The position numbers were made by a program, and so were the translations under genes. Positions 12,062 to 25,111 of a stretch of 64,000 nt of DNA are shown in pieces (position 1 is the stretch's first letter; each line of letters opens with the position of its first letter). Where the stretch lies: assembly GCA_973895155.1 (NCBI GenBank), contig OZ316891.1, forward strand, positions 24,489,899 to 24,553,898, given 5' to 3'. This DNA is from Marsupella aquatica (taxonomy: Eukaryota; Plantae; Marchantiophyta). The notes under the pieces are model-generated. The model was not told the origin of the DNA. It saw only the letters and a list, made by a program, of their open reading frames with translations, and made no database searches.

Positions 12062-13060
12062 AGGACCTCACTAAGCAGGCTATCGGTTAGGACCTTACAG
12101 ACATAGAGATAGATAGGTCAACGCAACCTTACTTGGGCCGATGCAGCATGTCTCTTGACAATGTGAAGCAGCGCAACATTCCTCCGCCTAGCTCGCAGTG
12201 ATCCTCCGCCTTGCTTGCAATAACCAGCCTCCGCCTAGCTAGTTTGCACTGTCACGGCTGCAACTTTTTGTGCAATGACTTGGCCCTCCTGCCAACTGCG
12301 AGCTGCCAAAGTATGTCGAGCAGATGTACACTCAGGCACCACCTCGTAGAGCTCACCTCCAAGTCGGCAGCTCTCACTTGAAACTCAATAGTAGCTTAGC
12401 TCACCAGCAGGTTGAAAAGCGATAATGGACTCCCCTAAAAACTGATTGGCATACCTCCACATTGACGCTTGTAGCTGGCCCAATCCTAAACACATTTGCA
12501 CCCTAAAGTCCAGTCGCGCTCAAACACTTTCATTGCCCCCTGCAGGAAGTTTGCGAAGAGTGCAGCTGGAATGAAGGTCGTCGACTCCCAATTTCCCTTG
12601 CAAAACCAACCTCCGCGGCACATTGACCCTGAACACTTAGGGCAAGTAGTACCCCCAAAATCTCTCGCAAACCCAACCTCCAAGGTACACTGACCCTGAG
12701 GGAAAGTAATACCCCTCACATGTGGGCAGCCATCGAGTGACTTAGCAAACAGGTTGGTTTGGACATAAAAGAACCAATGCAAATGACTTAGCAAAAAGTT
12801 CAATGTGGGGAGAGTGCACTTTGGTCAAGAACAAGGCAAAATATAGTCAGATATGACCCCACATTATAAGTGAAAGTACCCACCATTCTGATGAAAACCC
12901 CCATATTTATACCCATTATATTTGGACTTATTGAACCATGAGTGTGCAATATGTAGTTGCACCGGGAGTTGCACATTAGGGATTGGCATCCGAAATTGGC
13001 TTATGGGGTATGCATGCTGACGGAATTTTAAAAAATGACGTCCAATTCATATTGCACTAT

Positions 13061-16000
13061 TGTGGAGTAACTAACATAACTTACCTATTTCTTACTTACC
13101 AGTGTTACAATAGTGACATTGGATAAAGTTGTAAGCATGACGTCCCACAACCTCACCAAAACTTAGTTGGTATGATGTAACTAACATGACACCCACAAAC
13201 TTGGAGTCGCATATTTATGAAGGTCTCGCACAAGTCACATAGGGGAGGGTCTCAAAATGGGTGGTTTTCTTCTAGTGACTCTCAATCCTCACTTTTCTCT
13301 CAGAGTTTGGTTTGGCAGTCTCCAATCAAGACAATGCGATCGTATTAGCTTCACAGTATCACTCTATCTGACTCAAATGGATCAAGCAACAAGTATCACA
13401 ACACACAATGCCATGATTGGCAAGAATCTGCGAACTAGGCAACAAGGCCAACTCAATTCAAACAAATTGCACAGTAATCCATGGGAACTTGTGTTTTACA
13501 AATAATCTGCGGTCTAGATTTAGCCGAGAGCTTCATGTGCTAGTAATACAGATTTTACACTAGAGTCTTGACTAAGAAAAAGCCCCTTGAGCCACGCTGC
13601 CCAGGTTTTTATCCTTGCAGCGCATCCACGAGAATCAGCAGGAATCTAAACCACCAATCACGGCCTTCCACCATGATAATCCTACTAATTAACTAAAACA
13701 AAAACAACTTGGCTAAACCGGAACCTTGAGGGATCCAAACACCTAATACTACCTAAGCCGACAAGGCGCTACTTGCCCTGTCCCTATTCTACAACGGCCG
13801 CGCCCTTCTGGCCCAAGCCCTTCTCCTTCCGCCATGTCCTCCCTCTAACCGACAACTGGCCCTCCTTAATTGTTAGATGACCAGGGGTAAACCCGAATCT
13901 TCCGACGCTGCACCTTCTCTTGTAACCGGCTTTGGCTTGCTCCCCTCGGCTTCCTTGACTTTGGGTTCTGGTTTAGCGGCATTGGCATCCGTAGCATCCT
14001 CTTGGGAAACAGCTTGGATAGCATTGCCCTTCACTTCCTCAATCCAAGCTTGCTCTCCAATGGGCTCGGTCTCGATCTTCCAGGGCTTCACATTCCGGTA
14101 GTCCATGGTAGTTGTACCTGTGTCTGAACCTGTTACCGCACCTCCAAGTTGATCGACATTACTTATCTCAACCACGGCTGCCTTTGTAGCAACAGTCCCA
14201 CAAATGTGAGCGGCCATACTTTTGACCTCTTTTGGAGTGGCCTTGAGAGGTACTCCATAAGTACCTGCTGGCCCCATGAATGTTTTGGCCAGATCCACAA
14301 CCAACTGCATTGCCTTACCCCCACTTACCTTTGACAACATCAATGTCGGCTTTGGCATCTCAGTATTCCCGGCTACCATGCCACTAGTGGGAGACCGTCC
14401 AGTCGGTGATCCTCATCCTGCTTTGGCATACTTCCTCAACTTCTCTGTTTGATTATCTGCACGCCTTTGCAACCCAATCATCTTATCTTTGGCCTCCTCC
14501 AATTCCTGGAATAAGTCCTCAACTTCCTTGTTAAACCGTTGTGCCTCATCCTTAGCTGTCTTTAGCTCTTCATTTAAGATTTGCACAATCTCAAACTCCT
14601 TATCCAAAGCGGCTTTCTATGAATTGTTGATGGCTTCCAGCTTTGTGACCTCATCCGCCCATGCTTGCTTTGTCTTGGCTATCTCCTCCTGAAGCTCCTT
14701 GCGTATCTACTGGGCTTGGTTTAGGAGATCATTGGCCGATGTACAAGTGGCCTCCTCATGATGCTTCTCTCGCATGGCCTCTAGCCGATTGAGTAGCTTG
14801 TCGTGCTTCCTCTGGGCTTCTGCCAAGGCCTTCTCGCTCTAAGTGAGCTGCTCCTTAGCCTTTGATCTGAGCCTCTCAACTTGCCAATTTAGACCCTGTA
14901 CCTCCTCCTTTGAATCGGCTAACTCTAGTTGTACCTTCGTCAATTTCTCCTTGATCTGCTGGTTGTCCAATTGGTTGTTTGCCACCTCCAATTCTTGCTG
15001 CTTAGCCAAGAGATCCTGCTGGGCCTGTTGATCAACCTTTGTCTTAGCAACTTTGGCTTCCATGCAGCAAAGCCGAGCAATTACCTCTTCTTTCTTTAAT
15101 CGCTCCAAAGTCATTGCCTCCTCCAGCCATGTTTGGTCAGCCATATCCTTTCTAAGAAATGGTCCGGATTCTAACTTATTGTCAAAGATTTCTAAGGCTA
15201 GCAGTCCACACATGTCTCCATACTCCCTAGCCCAATCCCTCGCATAATTTGACCTGCTAGGTGATACTGGCATCTGCCAACAAGGCCGTTTCTCCTAAGC
15301 TTATGCCCGTAATTGATCAAAGTCAGTGAGAGGCTCGGCCTGCTTCTCACTAAGCCATTTCATTTTCTCCGGCCAATCTCCACCTGGTAGCTGTCGTTCT
15401 CGCATGTAATTCCGGGATTTCCACTTGTTGAGTTTCTCCTTCAGTCTTGCCTTGGCCTCCTTCATTCGGTCAAACTCCAATGGTGTCACATCTGGTGGAG
15501 GAGACTCTGGGGTTTTCTGGTCCTCCGGCCTGCCATAAAAGACTGAGGGAAGTCTTCTACAAAACCTTCCCAATGTTCTAACACCTAGCACCGGCCTCTC
15601 CCCATGATTGACATAATTGTCGTCGTAGTCATCCACATTAACCTGACTATCGAGCATGCTGGCCTCTTCTGCAAAGCCCCCAATCTCCTCCTTTGAGTAT
15701 TGCTAGGCTGCCACTAGTTGATTTACCGCCACGGGTTCCTCCACTTGGGCCCGGCTAGAAACTCTAAGGACTGGCATCTCTTGGCTTCGGCCTTGGCTTC
15801 CTTCTTCAGACTCTGAATCCATCTGCTCATCCCATTTTTTTCTTTCTTTGGTAGTCATCTTCCTCTCTACTAGGTGAATTCCTGCATATGGATATTACGA
15901 GTAGGCCATCGTAACGGATTTCTCACCACATCAAATATTACTACCTCTGGCTCCTTGAGAGGGGTCCAATTCTCCTGTTTTTGTGATGCCGGCCTCTTCT

Positions 16001-17550
16001 CTTGCCGTCGTTTGTTCAGGGGCTCCTTGTCCTCTACTATCGGGGTTGTGATCGGCATCCGCTCCTATAGAGCAACACTGGTGCAAAAGACTGGCTTCTT
16101 GCATATCGGCAAAGTAATTGCAGATGGTACCCTCAGAGTCTGGATACCGCTCCTTCCCCAATGCTCTGCTTCTCTTCATTCAATGCCTTCTTTAACTGCA
16201 TTAAGAGATAGCCATTGTAGTCACGACTTGAATCGATATTCTCCACCAAAAATACCTGGACCTTGCCAATCTCTGCTCTCGGAAATATACAGTGTAGTGT
16301 GACTCTTAAGAAATCAATCAACTGCCCCACATGTGGAATAGTGCATTGATTTCTAAATAACCCGTTCTTAGTGGAGGGCCCTGGAAATGATCAAAATTGG
16401 TTATCCGACAATGTCTTCTGCTGCTCCACCCCAGTCTTATTCCCTTGTGGAAGAGCAAAGATGGCTTTGATCAGTGCTGGTATTAATTCCACCACCCTCC
16501 CATACATCAGCGTCGTGCTAGAAGAAGCCTCCCAGCATCCCACAAAGTCTAATAGATCTTTGTCTGGTATATTGACTAACTGCCATGGCAATCGGATGAA
16601 TCCCTCTAAGCCGGTGTTGTTCATGACATATCCAAAATACTTGTTATCTTGGATGGCACAAAAGACCTCATCTTCTTCTAGTGCAAACTGCAGTTGTAAA
16701 TTGGTAGGTAACCTGTCCGCCCAACCTGCCATAAACTTATCCTCTACTGCCCTATCCCAAATTGGCACGGCTTCCTTGGCCTGCCTTTCAGACTGGTTCT
16801 GCTAGCTGGTGTTGCAGACACCGAACTACCCTTTCACTTCATCTCTTCTATCCCTGAAGACTCTCCAAGAATGGCTTCCTTGGTCCAAGCCAAAGTGTGA
16901 CCCTTCAACTCCCACACTGGTTGCCTAGCGTTCTTGATCGCCTCCCGAATTCCAACGACGCGATTCTCCTGATCAGCAACTCGTCAAGCTCGGTACTAGT
17001 GGGAATCCATAAGAATATTTCTCTAGCACCTCCTCAGTTCCCACAAAAGCCGTCTTATGAATTCCCCATAACCACGCAAGCTCCGCCCATTCCCTTGTTG
17101 CGCGTTCTGGCTTGACGTCTTTGTAAGTTGGTATGAGCTGCCGTGCTTCTTCAAGCAAATAGCCCCAAAACTTGGTTGCTTGATTCAGCATGGTCATTCC
17201 ACCAAACAAATCAGGAGCTCGAGCAATTCCTTACCAACCTCCTTCGATCGACTGGCAGTTGCTTCCTCCTCCCAAGGTCCCGATCGAACAAGAAAATGAG
17301 CGAGTATATGGAGTGTCGGTCCCCTCCCCACAAAGCCACCTCCTAATGGCTTGCATGATCAGGCTTGGATTAGGTCATAACCCTAATCCCACCTGATCTT
17401 GACCGTTGGATCCTTCCCGATCACAATCCTCCCCTTAACATGTTGTAATTGGCTTCGGTCTTTATTTCTACCTTATACTATCTACCTAATCTTTATTTAG
17501 CCATTATTTTAGGCTTAACTAGTACTCTGTGATCCTGGCAAGGCATCACA
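13061..17550 (-). mobile_element. Diverged subfamily copy of the ORF-bearing giant LTR (left boundary approximate)
   Basis: Starts TGTGATGCCTTGCCAGGATCAC at 17550. Fragments 16973-17209, 16391-16768, 16133-16330, 15301-15657, 14839-15273, 14413-14607 and 13873-14379 are collinear homologues of the 7143-3483 ORF (e.g. EYGDMCGLLALEIF, PESPPPDV, LQRRADNQTE). No TSD found. Confidence 0.75.
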
Positions 17551-18172
17551 CCCACTCGGACGGATCTCACAAGCGCAACAAACATTAGGTGGCGCCAATA
17601 GTTTAGAGTAGTGTAGGTTTAGTCGTAGGGGTAGGACACTACCAACGAGCGTTGGAATTAGTTAGAATGGCACCAACCATCTTTTAGCGTAGTCTTTTAG
17701 GATAACAACAAGTCATTTTTGAAAACTGGCATTGAGCTAGGATTAGCATAGGTTACAAGCACGTGACCCCTCCTGGCCATGGCTCTTAGTTAGTATTTAG
17801 TGCACCCCCAGTAGAGGCAGCGGGGGGGATTTTAGGCTCAAATTCGGGTGTCCGCAGGATGTGTGTGGAGTCTCGGCCTTCTTGAATAGAAGTTCCAAGG
17901 ATTGAGGGTAAGACTAAGCTCGTTGGGCAAGTGCGGATCCGGGCTCCGTTGTAGTGTATGCCTCTTTGCCTTTGGCATGAGTATTCAAAAGAAGTCCAGT
18001 AAACCGTGGGTATGTGCATAACGGCTTATGAAGTAAAGTCTTTTCCCCACTATTTCCTTCGTGTAAATCAAGCGTGTATGTTGTGAATGCTGAGACAATT
18101 GTACATCTTGTATGCGGATAGAGAATGTTGGGCCGGGCGTGCTACACGAGCCGTGCACGGGGTGTAGGCTAC

Positions 18173-19500
18173 TGTGATGCCTAGCCAGGAATGACTAGGC
18201 CGTGTAAGAGGTAAAACCGGGGGTATACAATAAAACCACTAGTATAAGGGGGAGAAAAGCAAGAAAACCATAAAAAACTAAGGGTACACATGAAACCCGA
18301 GCCGAGGCTGGGAGTAAGAGGAGTAACAACCACTAAGGGTTGTGATTAGGGTTTGGCATGTTAATGTTGGCGGCTGCCGGTAATCAATAACCAAGACAAG
18401 CAGTGCAGGCCGGAAGGGGGGTAAGATAGGGTCACCCAGGAGTGACGGCTCACATTCTCAATCAAGCAGAGTGCAAGCAGAAGCCAACAACTATCAACTA
18501 CAAAGGAGAACACAGGGGCATAAGCAGCTACCGAGCAATGGCAGAGGAGAGAATGAGCAACATCAATCAAGCGGCACATTTATGGGGATGCCTATTTGAA
18601 CGGGCAAGTAAGTATGTTGGGACCTACAAGGAGGAAGAATAAAAAAGAGTAGCCCGCAAGCAACAAGAGCTTGCTCGGCTACGGGAACTGCAGAAGTTGG
18701 CCTTCTTAGGAGGAGAGTTCATCAAGGTTGAATTCCGGTGGACGCCTACTGCCAATGAATCGACGATCTTCTAATTCAAGACAACAAAATTGTCGGCATC
18801 CAGCAAGCCATCAACAACTACAATGACAAACATTGGGACCTGAAGGGTTGCATGGAGGCGTGGACGATAGAAACAATGTTGGGAGAATCATCAAGAGCGG
18901 CAAAAATGAAGAGGAAGATGGCCAACAATGAAGAAAACACACCAGCCAAGAGGACAAGGTCGGCAACATCAAGAAGGCCGGCCGAACAAGGGAGGCTAAG
19001 AGAGGAGGGAGCCGAGGAACCAGAAGTCGACCCAGTCAATGCCGTCCCTATCCGAGATGACACCTAGAAGGGCTGGGCGACAATAATACCATCGGCAATG
19101 CAGCTACATTTTGCACGAGAGGAGGATGCATGCTTTACAGCCATGCAGACCAAAAAGTACCAGGGCTTCATGGGCGGATTAGGCTTGGAGACCTTTGTTA
19201 TATTGTTGTGGCTAAAGCCGAAGGTGCCGAAGTCAAACTTACTGGAATTCGTGGGATCATGGGACCATGAGTCTAGCTCAACCAAGATCTATGGGAGGGA
19301 TTTCTATCTCACCTCCAACGTGATTGCCAAAGTATTTGGCTTGCCGATGGGCAACAAGGCTAAGGTAGAAACCCGGAAGAACTTGTCGGATAAGGAGTTT
19401 AGTTCATTCTCCTGGCCATCAACAAAGAATGGCTTCCTCCGAAACACCTGCATCAACCCGCATATTGGAGAGATGATCAATTTCCTGCGGGTGACAATGC
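18173..19500 (+). mobile_element. 5' part of the ORF-bearing LTR, truncated
   Basis: Starts TGTGATGCCTAGCCAGGAA. Encodes NQAAHLWGCLFERA and HFAREEDACFTAMQTKKYQGF. Cut at 19500 by a new LTR start. Confidence 0.85.
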
Positions 19501-19634
19501 TGTGATGCCTAGCCAGGAATCACTAGGCCGTGTAAGAGGTAAAACCAGGTGGTATACAATAAACCACTAGTATAAGGGGGAGAAAAACAAGGAAACCGTA
19601 AACAACTAAGAGAAAAACAAGGAAACCCTAAACT
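19501..19634 (+). mobile_element. Short 5' stub of the same LTR
   Basis: TGTGATGCCTAGCCAGGAATCACTAGGCCG..., near-identical to 18173-18280, then abuts the gag fragment. Confidence 0.8.
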
Positions 19635-19775
19635 TTCTCTCTCATCCTCTGTTCTACAATCTGCTTCATTCCTCCTTGGTTCACATTCATTGGTATTGGC
19701 TCTCCAGAATCAACAAATGCAATCTTCCCTTCCACAAACTTGACATGTCGAAGTCGCAATGCTTCTGTCAGTTCT
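19635..19775 (-). pseudogene. gag: Gypsy gag, 3' fragment (downstream of zinc knuckle)
   Basis: Joins in frame to the 40455 fragment across the CACTA: ...HRRDCG|ELTEALRLRHVKFVEGKIAFVDSGEPIPMNVNQGGMKQIVEQR. Confidence 0.75.
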
Positions 19776-20544
19776 CACTAGTACATTATGAGGCCAATTT
19801 CCCATATAAACACCTTCGGATCCCTTTGTAAAATTTTTCCAAGAAAAACATCTCATCCGACTCTAAATGTATCGCAAATTCCGATCCTCAACCCATCGGA
19901 TAACGACAATCGGAAGATAATCGGACTTTGCAATACTAAAATTAACGCACTTTGCATACTCGACAATAATGGAAAAACAGCCATCCGATGTTCATAAAAT
20001 TGGAAATGGAAGAGGGGAGGCGGCCCAAAAGCCGTGTGTTTCCGATACACTTCCGATACGTAGAGAATCGGAATTTGGGTAACTCTGAATATTGCATATT
20101 GCGTAGCAAAAGGTTACGCAAAGACCGTAAATAAGAGGATAAAAAATACCATCGTTAGAAATATCGGAAATACCATTAGTAGAAGTATTGGAAAGACCGT
20201 AACCGAGGGTATCGAAAAGATTGATTCTCTAGGGATGGCAAATTCCGAGTTTTAGAGAATCGGACATTTCGATAGTTTTAAGATCGGAGGAGTATTGGAT
20301 AATTGATGGGGTAAAATTTCTGATTATTAATTTTTGGGGTGTGGGGGTTACAATGTTGAGAGGCATGGAAGTGAGCATGGGTAGCAAGAATGGTAGTGAG
20401 ACTCAAAAGGGGGAAAACCCCTGCCATTATATATACAAAAGAGGATGGCTTCCTCTAGCATGGAAAGTACAACCTTTACATGTACAAGTGTATAATCCAT
20501 CTCAACCTGCATGGCATCGCGGCCTACCTACAAATGGTCCTATG

Positions 20545-23440
20545 CTAAGCTACCTGGCCTATCCATATGTTGGTGCATGTCGTCCCTTCCTCTTCTTGGC
20601 ATGAGGGCGATAACTCTCTGGTTGGGTAGTGGCATCTGGCACTAACCCTATCAATGACAGCATGAGATCCAGTTGCAGCTGTGGTGCTTGGAGCTATCGC
20701 GGTACCAACGTCACCAACATCACCTTCTAAGTCATGAGAAGGCACTGCAACACCCCCAGCATCGGAGCAAGTATGAAATGATGCACTTCCACTACCCCCT
20801 TGGGCTGCAGAGTGGTGAGACCCTGCACCTCCACTAGCCCCTGACTGATGAGATGGAGTCCCATCACCAATGCCACCAACTGCAGTCCCACTCACCCTGT
20901 TGGCCCCTGAATGACCACGAGCAGTGCTCCCACCCCCACTTGCCCCTCCACCACTAGCCCCTCCACCACTAGCCCCTGAACGGCGAGAACCATTCCCGCC
21001 AACAACCCCTGAATGGCGGCGAGAACCACCATGGGGCCCACTACCAACCCCCCCACCAGACCCGGGCCTGTGAGAACCACTATGGGCCCCAGTACTACCC
21101 CGCCCACCAGCACCTGCAGATCGATCAAAACCTCCCCGGCGCCCACTACCACCTGTCCCAACACCACCTCCAGCAGCTGTAGCATCCCCACTACCTCCTG
21201 CTGCTCTACGGCCACCTACATCACCACCAGTCCTCCGTCTGGAATGACTACCTTGAGTCCCTCGGGATGCGCCGCCAATCAAGCAAACAGGGGTGGGTGC
21301 CACACTCCCCTCCTCAACCTCAGCCTCAGACTCTGAATCTGAGGCCCCCGAACCCTCCTCGGCTGAGTCCAAACCCTCCGACTCCTCATTTGACTCCTAC
21401 ATACATGTAAGCAACCATCAACCCAAGTGTTAGTGTTGCAAATGACCTACAAGGGAGTGATTATAACCATGTTGCATTCAAAGGTTAGAAATATGGTTTT
21501 CAATTGTGCATATACTTACCGACCCCAACTCGCCCTGCATGTGAAGCTTCAGAGCCCGCGTTCCAAATTTCTTAGCCAACTCTCTCTCAGGCGGCAAGAT
21601 TGGGCGTCCATGCTCTCGCTCCTGCACCATACTCAACATAATAATTAACCCCCCTCCCCGGCAAATGAGAATAAAATTGAAACCCCCCATTACTTGAAAT
21701 ACATTATTTTAAAAGTTAATCCCTACCAAATCCCCCACATTACTTAATGAATAATAATCCCTACCTAGCCCCACACATTACTTAGAAAAATTCCCTAACA
21801 CCCCCACATCCCTTTCAACTCATGGGTATCACTACCCACTCTACCTATATAAAATACTCCCTTATTATTGTGGCCTAACTATCGCAAAAAGCAACAACAA
21901 CCTAAGCCCGACACTCCTAAAAAACAGCAAACCCCCTCGGCGTGGCCTAAAACAGTCAAATATTCAAAAATTTGAATTTTCCGATGCTTCCCTAATCGGA
22001 CCCCTCCACCCTAAACCCCAAAACCTAAGGTCCAATTCAGAGTCCGATTCTCAGGTAATCGGACCATAATCGGAAGCCTTGCGTCCAAAACCCATAAGAG
22101 AGAGTCCCACTCCATTTCCGACTCTTCAGCAATCGGAATAGAATCGGAAACAGAAAAAAAATAAGGACACATCAAAACTTGCAATACAGACTCGATAACA
22201 AACGCACAGGGATAAGAGGGGAGATCTGGGAGGACTTATGCAGGCATAGCCAAGGTTGTGCCTGAGGTGATCAGGGAGAGGGAGGACCCAATTTTGAGGT
22301 GCAAAGTCAGCAAGGAGGCGAGCAAGGAGGAGGTAAGCAGAGGACTCACAAACTCTGCTTTGAGACGATGCACTCCACCCTGCCCCATTCAGTGAGTAAC
22401 TGCAGGCCTCTTCTCCACCCTCTCAATTGCATTTTGAATGTAAAGTGGAGGGTCTCCAAGCAGTGCTAATTTGGCCTCCCATTCCATTAAGTTTTGCTGC
22501 AGGAGGGGGATGTCAACAGTCTGTCCTGAAAGGACCCTCTTCTCTGCCTCATCGAGCTCAGCCTGCCAGTGACGTCTTGCTTGCCAAGCACAAACCTGTA
22601 GCTCAGCATCAATCCAAGCAGACCAGGCATCAGCTGGTATCTCATCCGGGGGATCTCTCTGCCTGATCACCTCTGCCTCCTCCTTACAATCTGCCAGGTA
22701 CTTCCTCATCTTTTCTCTCACATTATTACGTCTATCTGCAAGTGAACGTGAGATCTTCTTATTCAGCCATCGATCATCCAGGAAGCAGCCATTACAGAAT
22801 CGCTCCTTCACTTGCTCCCTTGCTCGAAATTTCTCCTCTTCTTTTTTCTTCCCCCAGTAGTCTAAGGGGCTGAAATTTTCCCTCAACACCTGCCCTAGCT
22901 GACTTCTGAACAAATTGTAGCTCTTTGTCATCGGAGCTCCTCCCTTATTAATGAACAATTTTGGCCGTTTGGCCCTTTCCTCTGCTCGTAGCCTCTCTTC
23001 CTCAATCCTTGCCCTCTCTGCAGCTCGAGCCTCCTTTCTAAGCCTCTTCTCTCTTTCTTGTGGTGAGAGGGCCTCCACTGGCCTGCCTTTCCTCTCCTCC
23101 TTCCTCTTTCTTTTTTTCTCCTTTCCTTTCTCTAGCCTCTCCATGAAAGCCTTCGCTACTTCACTTATGGTAGATTGCCTGGATTCGTCAATGAGGCCCT
23201 GGGTCAATTGAGCTGCTATGGCTGCAGCTTCAGCAGACAGGCCTGCTTGCCTCTTGAAAATCTCTGCCATAATGTCCGAGATCTGCTGCGACGGTGTTGC
23301 TCCATCTCCACCCACCCTGGCTGCTTTGTCTCCTCCCCCCCCATCCGTGCCATTCCCCTCCATAGCCTCAACCTCCAATGCGTGCTCCTCCGCTTTGTGT
23401 TCACTTGGCAGCTCCTCCCAATTTGCATCCGAAACCAAGC
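20545..23440 (-). pseudogene. TnpA: TnpA-like (Transposase_24/Ptta-type) spliced gene with Gly/Ser-rich tail
   Basis: Phase-0 GT-AG exons ~23440-22350, 21621-21520 and 21396-20545. Motifs PPDEIPADAW..., VTH*MGQGGVHRLKAEF|EREHGRP match the Transposase_24 pattern. TGA at 22389-22391. Confidence 0.65.
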
Positions 23441-24755
23441 CTGATACAAAGACATTCGTACTTTAATCGGGAAAAGTACCAAACCCTATTGTGCCCTCCA
23501 TCCAACTTTTTAAGAATCGGAACATCCGATACTTCAACTATCAAAAACGGGATCAGAAATAGCGATGCTTAAAGTATCGGACCGCTCTTCCAATATGATC
23601 GGACTTAGCTTGTCCATTGTTTTTTATGCCTTTAAGGATGGATTTATAATAAGTTAGTCAATGGGGTAGGGGGGCTGGGGATGTGGTAAGGAAATATAAG
23701 TTTAGTTGATGTGAAAACTTGCATTGTAATTGTAGGCCTGGTTGAGTAGCCGAATTTTGTTTGGGCGGTGGGGTTCTTGAATAAAAGCCGGTTATAGGTG
23801 CGGTAACGTCCCCCTTACGACAACATACTTTTGGGGTTGAATGGTATGATCATTGATCCACTCACATTAAAAGTTTTGACAAATTTGTCCACCTTGTATG
23901 CTCGGGGGGGTCACTATATGGAGGGTCATACATCGCGTGCGACGTTTTAGGGTTTGACCCCCCTAACTTTAAAGTGAAAAATATTTTTTTGCAAAGCCCT
24001 TTCTTTCTTAAAATTTTGTCATTTTTTATTAAAAAACTCCTAAAAACTTTATAGAAAGTATTTTTTGCAATTAAATAGGCCTATGTGTTCTTTAAAGTCG
24101 ACCAATCAATAAAACATGCCCTATGTGTTCTTCCACCAAACTTTGGAAGTCTTCCGCCACACCCATTTAAATGGGCCTATACTTCGTCGCACGTGATGTG
24201 TCACTTCCGTGGAAGTGACCCCCCCGAGCTTGTATGTGGATTTAATTTTGGGGGCCAAACAAAGTTAACCTCATGTGCGTGTATTGTGCAGTATTTTTTT
24301 GCGGAGGGTTGGGTCGTTCTCTTTGTTTGTATTTTTGTAGGTCCATTTTTTCAATGCATTATGCATCGCGATAGGCCGTGCATCCGAAAGGTATGATGTA
24401 CTCCCTTTATCATTTGGAGGTGAGCACTTTAAGTATATATTTGGCTAAAAAAAATTCATTGATGGCCACAATATATAGTGGATATGATTCTATGGGGACA
24501 TATGTATAGATAAATTCTGATGGTATTTCTTTAATTGTGCAGACATTTCGGATTTTGTCTTAGCATATATTCTAAGGCCAAGATCCTAGTAGGCATTGTT
24601 CAGCGCGGATGTAATTTAGGTAAGATGCACAGTCATTATTTTTAATTATTTGCTTAGTGTAAACTAGGTTCCAATCTTGACATATTGTATTTAGGGTACT
24701 TAATATGGGTGGGAAAGATTTTTGACATGTGATTAATTTTCACATTGATGGGCAA

Positions 24756-24995
24756 ATGTCAAATTCTGGGAGTTCCGAGTCAGATTCTGACTCGGACTCA
24801 TCATCTTCTGAGGGGGACATTCCTCCCCCCCCCCCCCCTCCGAGGCCGCATCATCCTCCTCCTCCTCTAGGCCCCATTCCATGTTGGTGTGTGCGATGTA
24901 AGGGAATGGTGGTTCGTCAAGCTTGGGAGTGTATTGAGCATATTGAGAATTATGGGCAACACCAACCTAATTTACCAGGACATTCAGCTCGCCAG
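24756..24995 (+). CDS. Exon 1: transposase-associated Zn-binding domain (CxCxxC...H)
   Basis: ATG 24756; acidic/Pro-rich leader then IPCWCVRCKGMVVRQAWECIEHIENYG; exactly 80 codons to donor CAG|GTATG at 24995/24996. Confidence 0.75.
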
Positions 24996-25111
24996 GTATG
25001 CACCCCATACTCTCACCCCACACATTTTGAAGGAAACATAATTTGCCACTTACAATCATGGCCACTATCATCATATATTTATTAATTTTGGAATTTTTTT
25101 TGAATGAATAG

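Noticed and set aside
20545-21372. Independent glycine-rich cell-wall protein
   Set aside because: No ATG or signal peptide. It has an in-frame acceptor at 21396 and is better read as the last exon of the TnpA-like gene.
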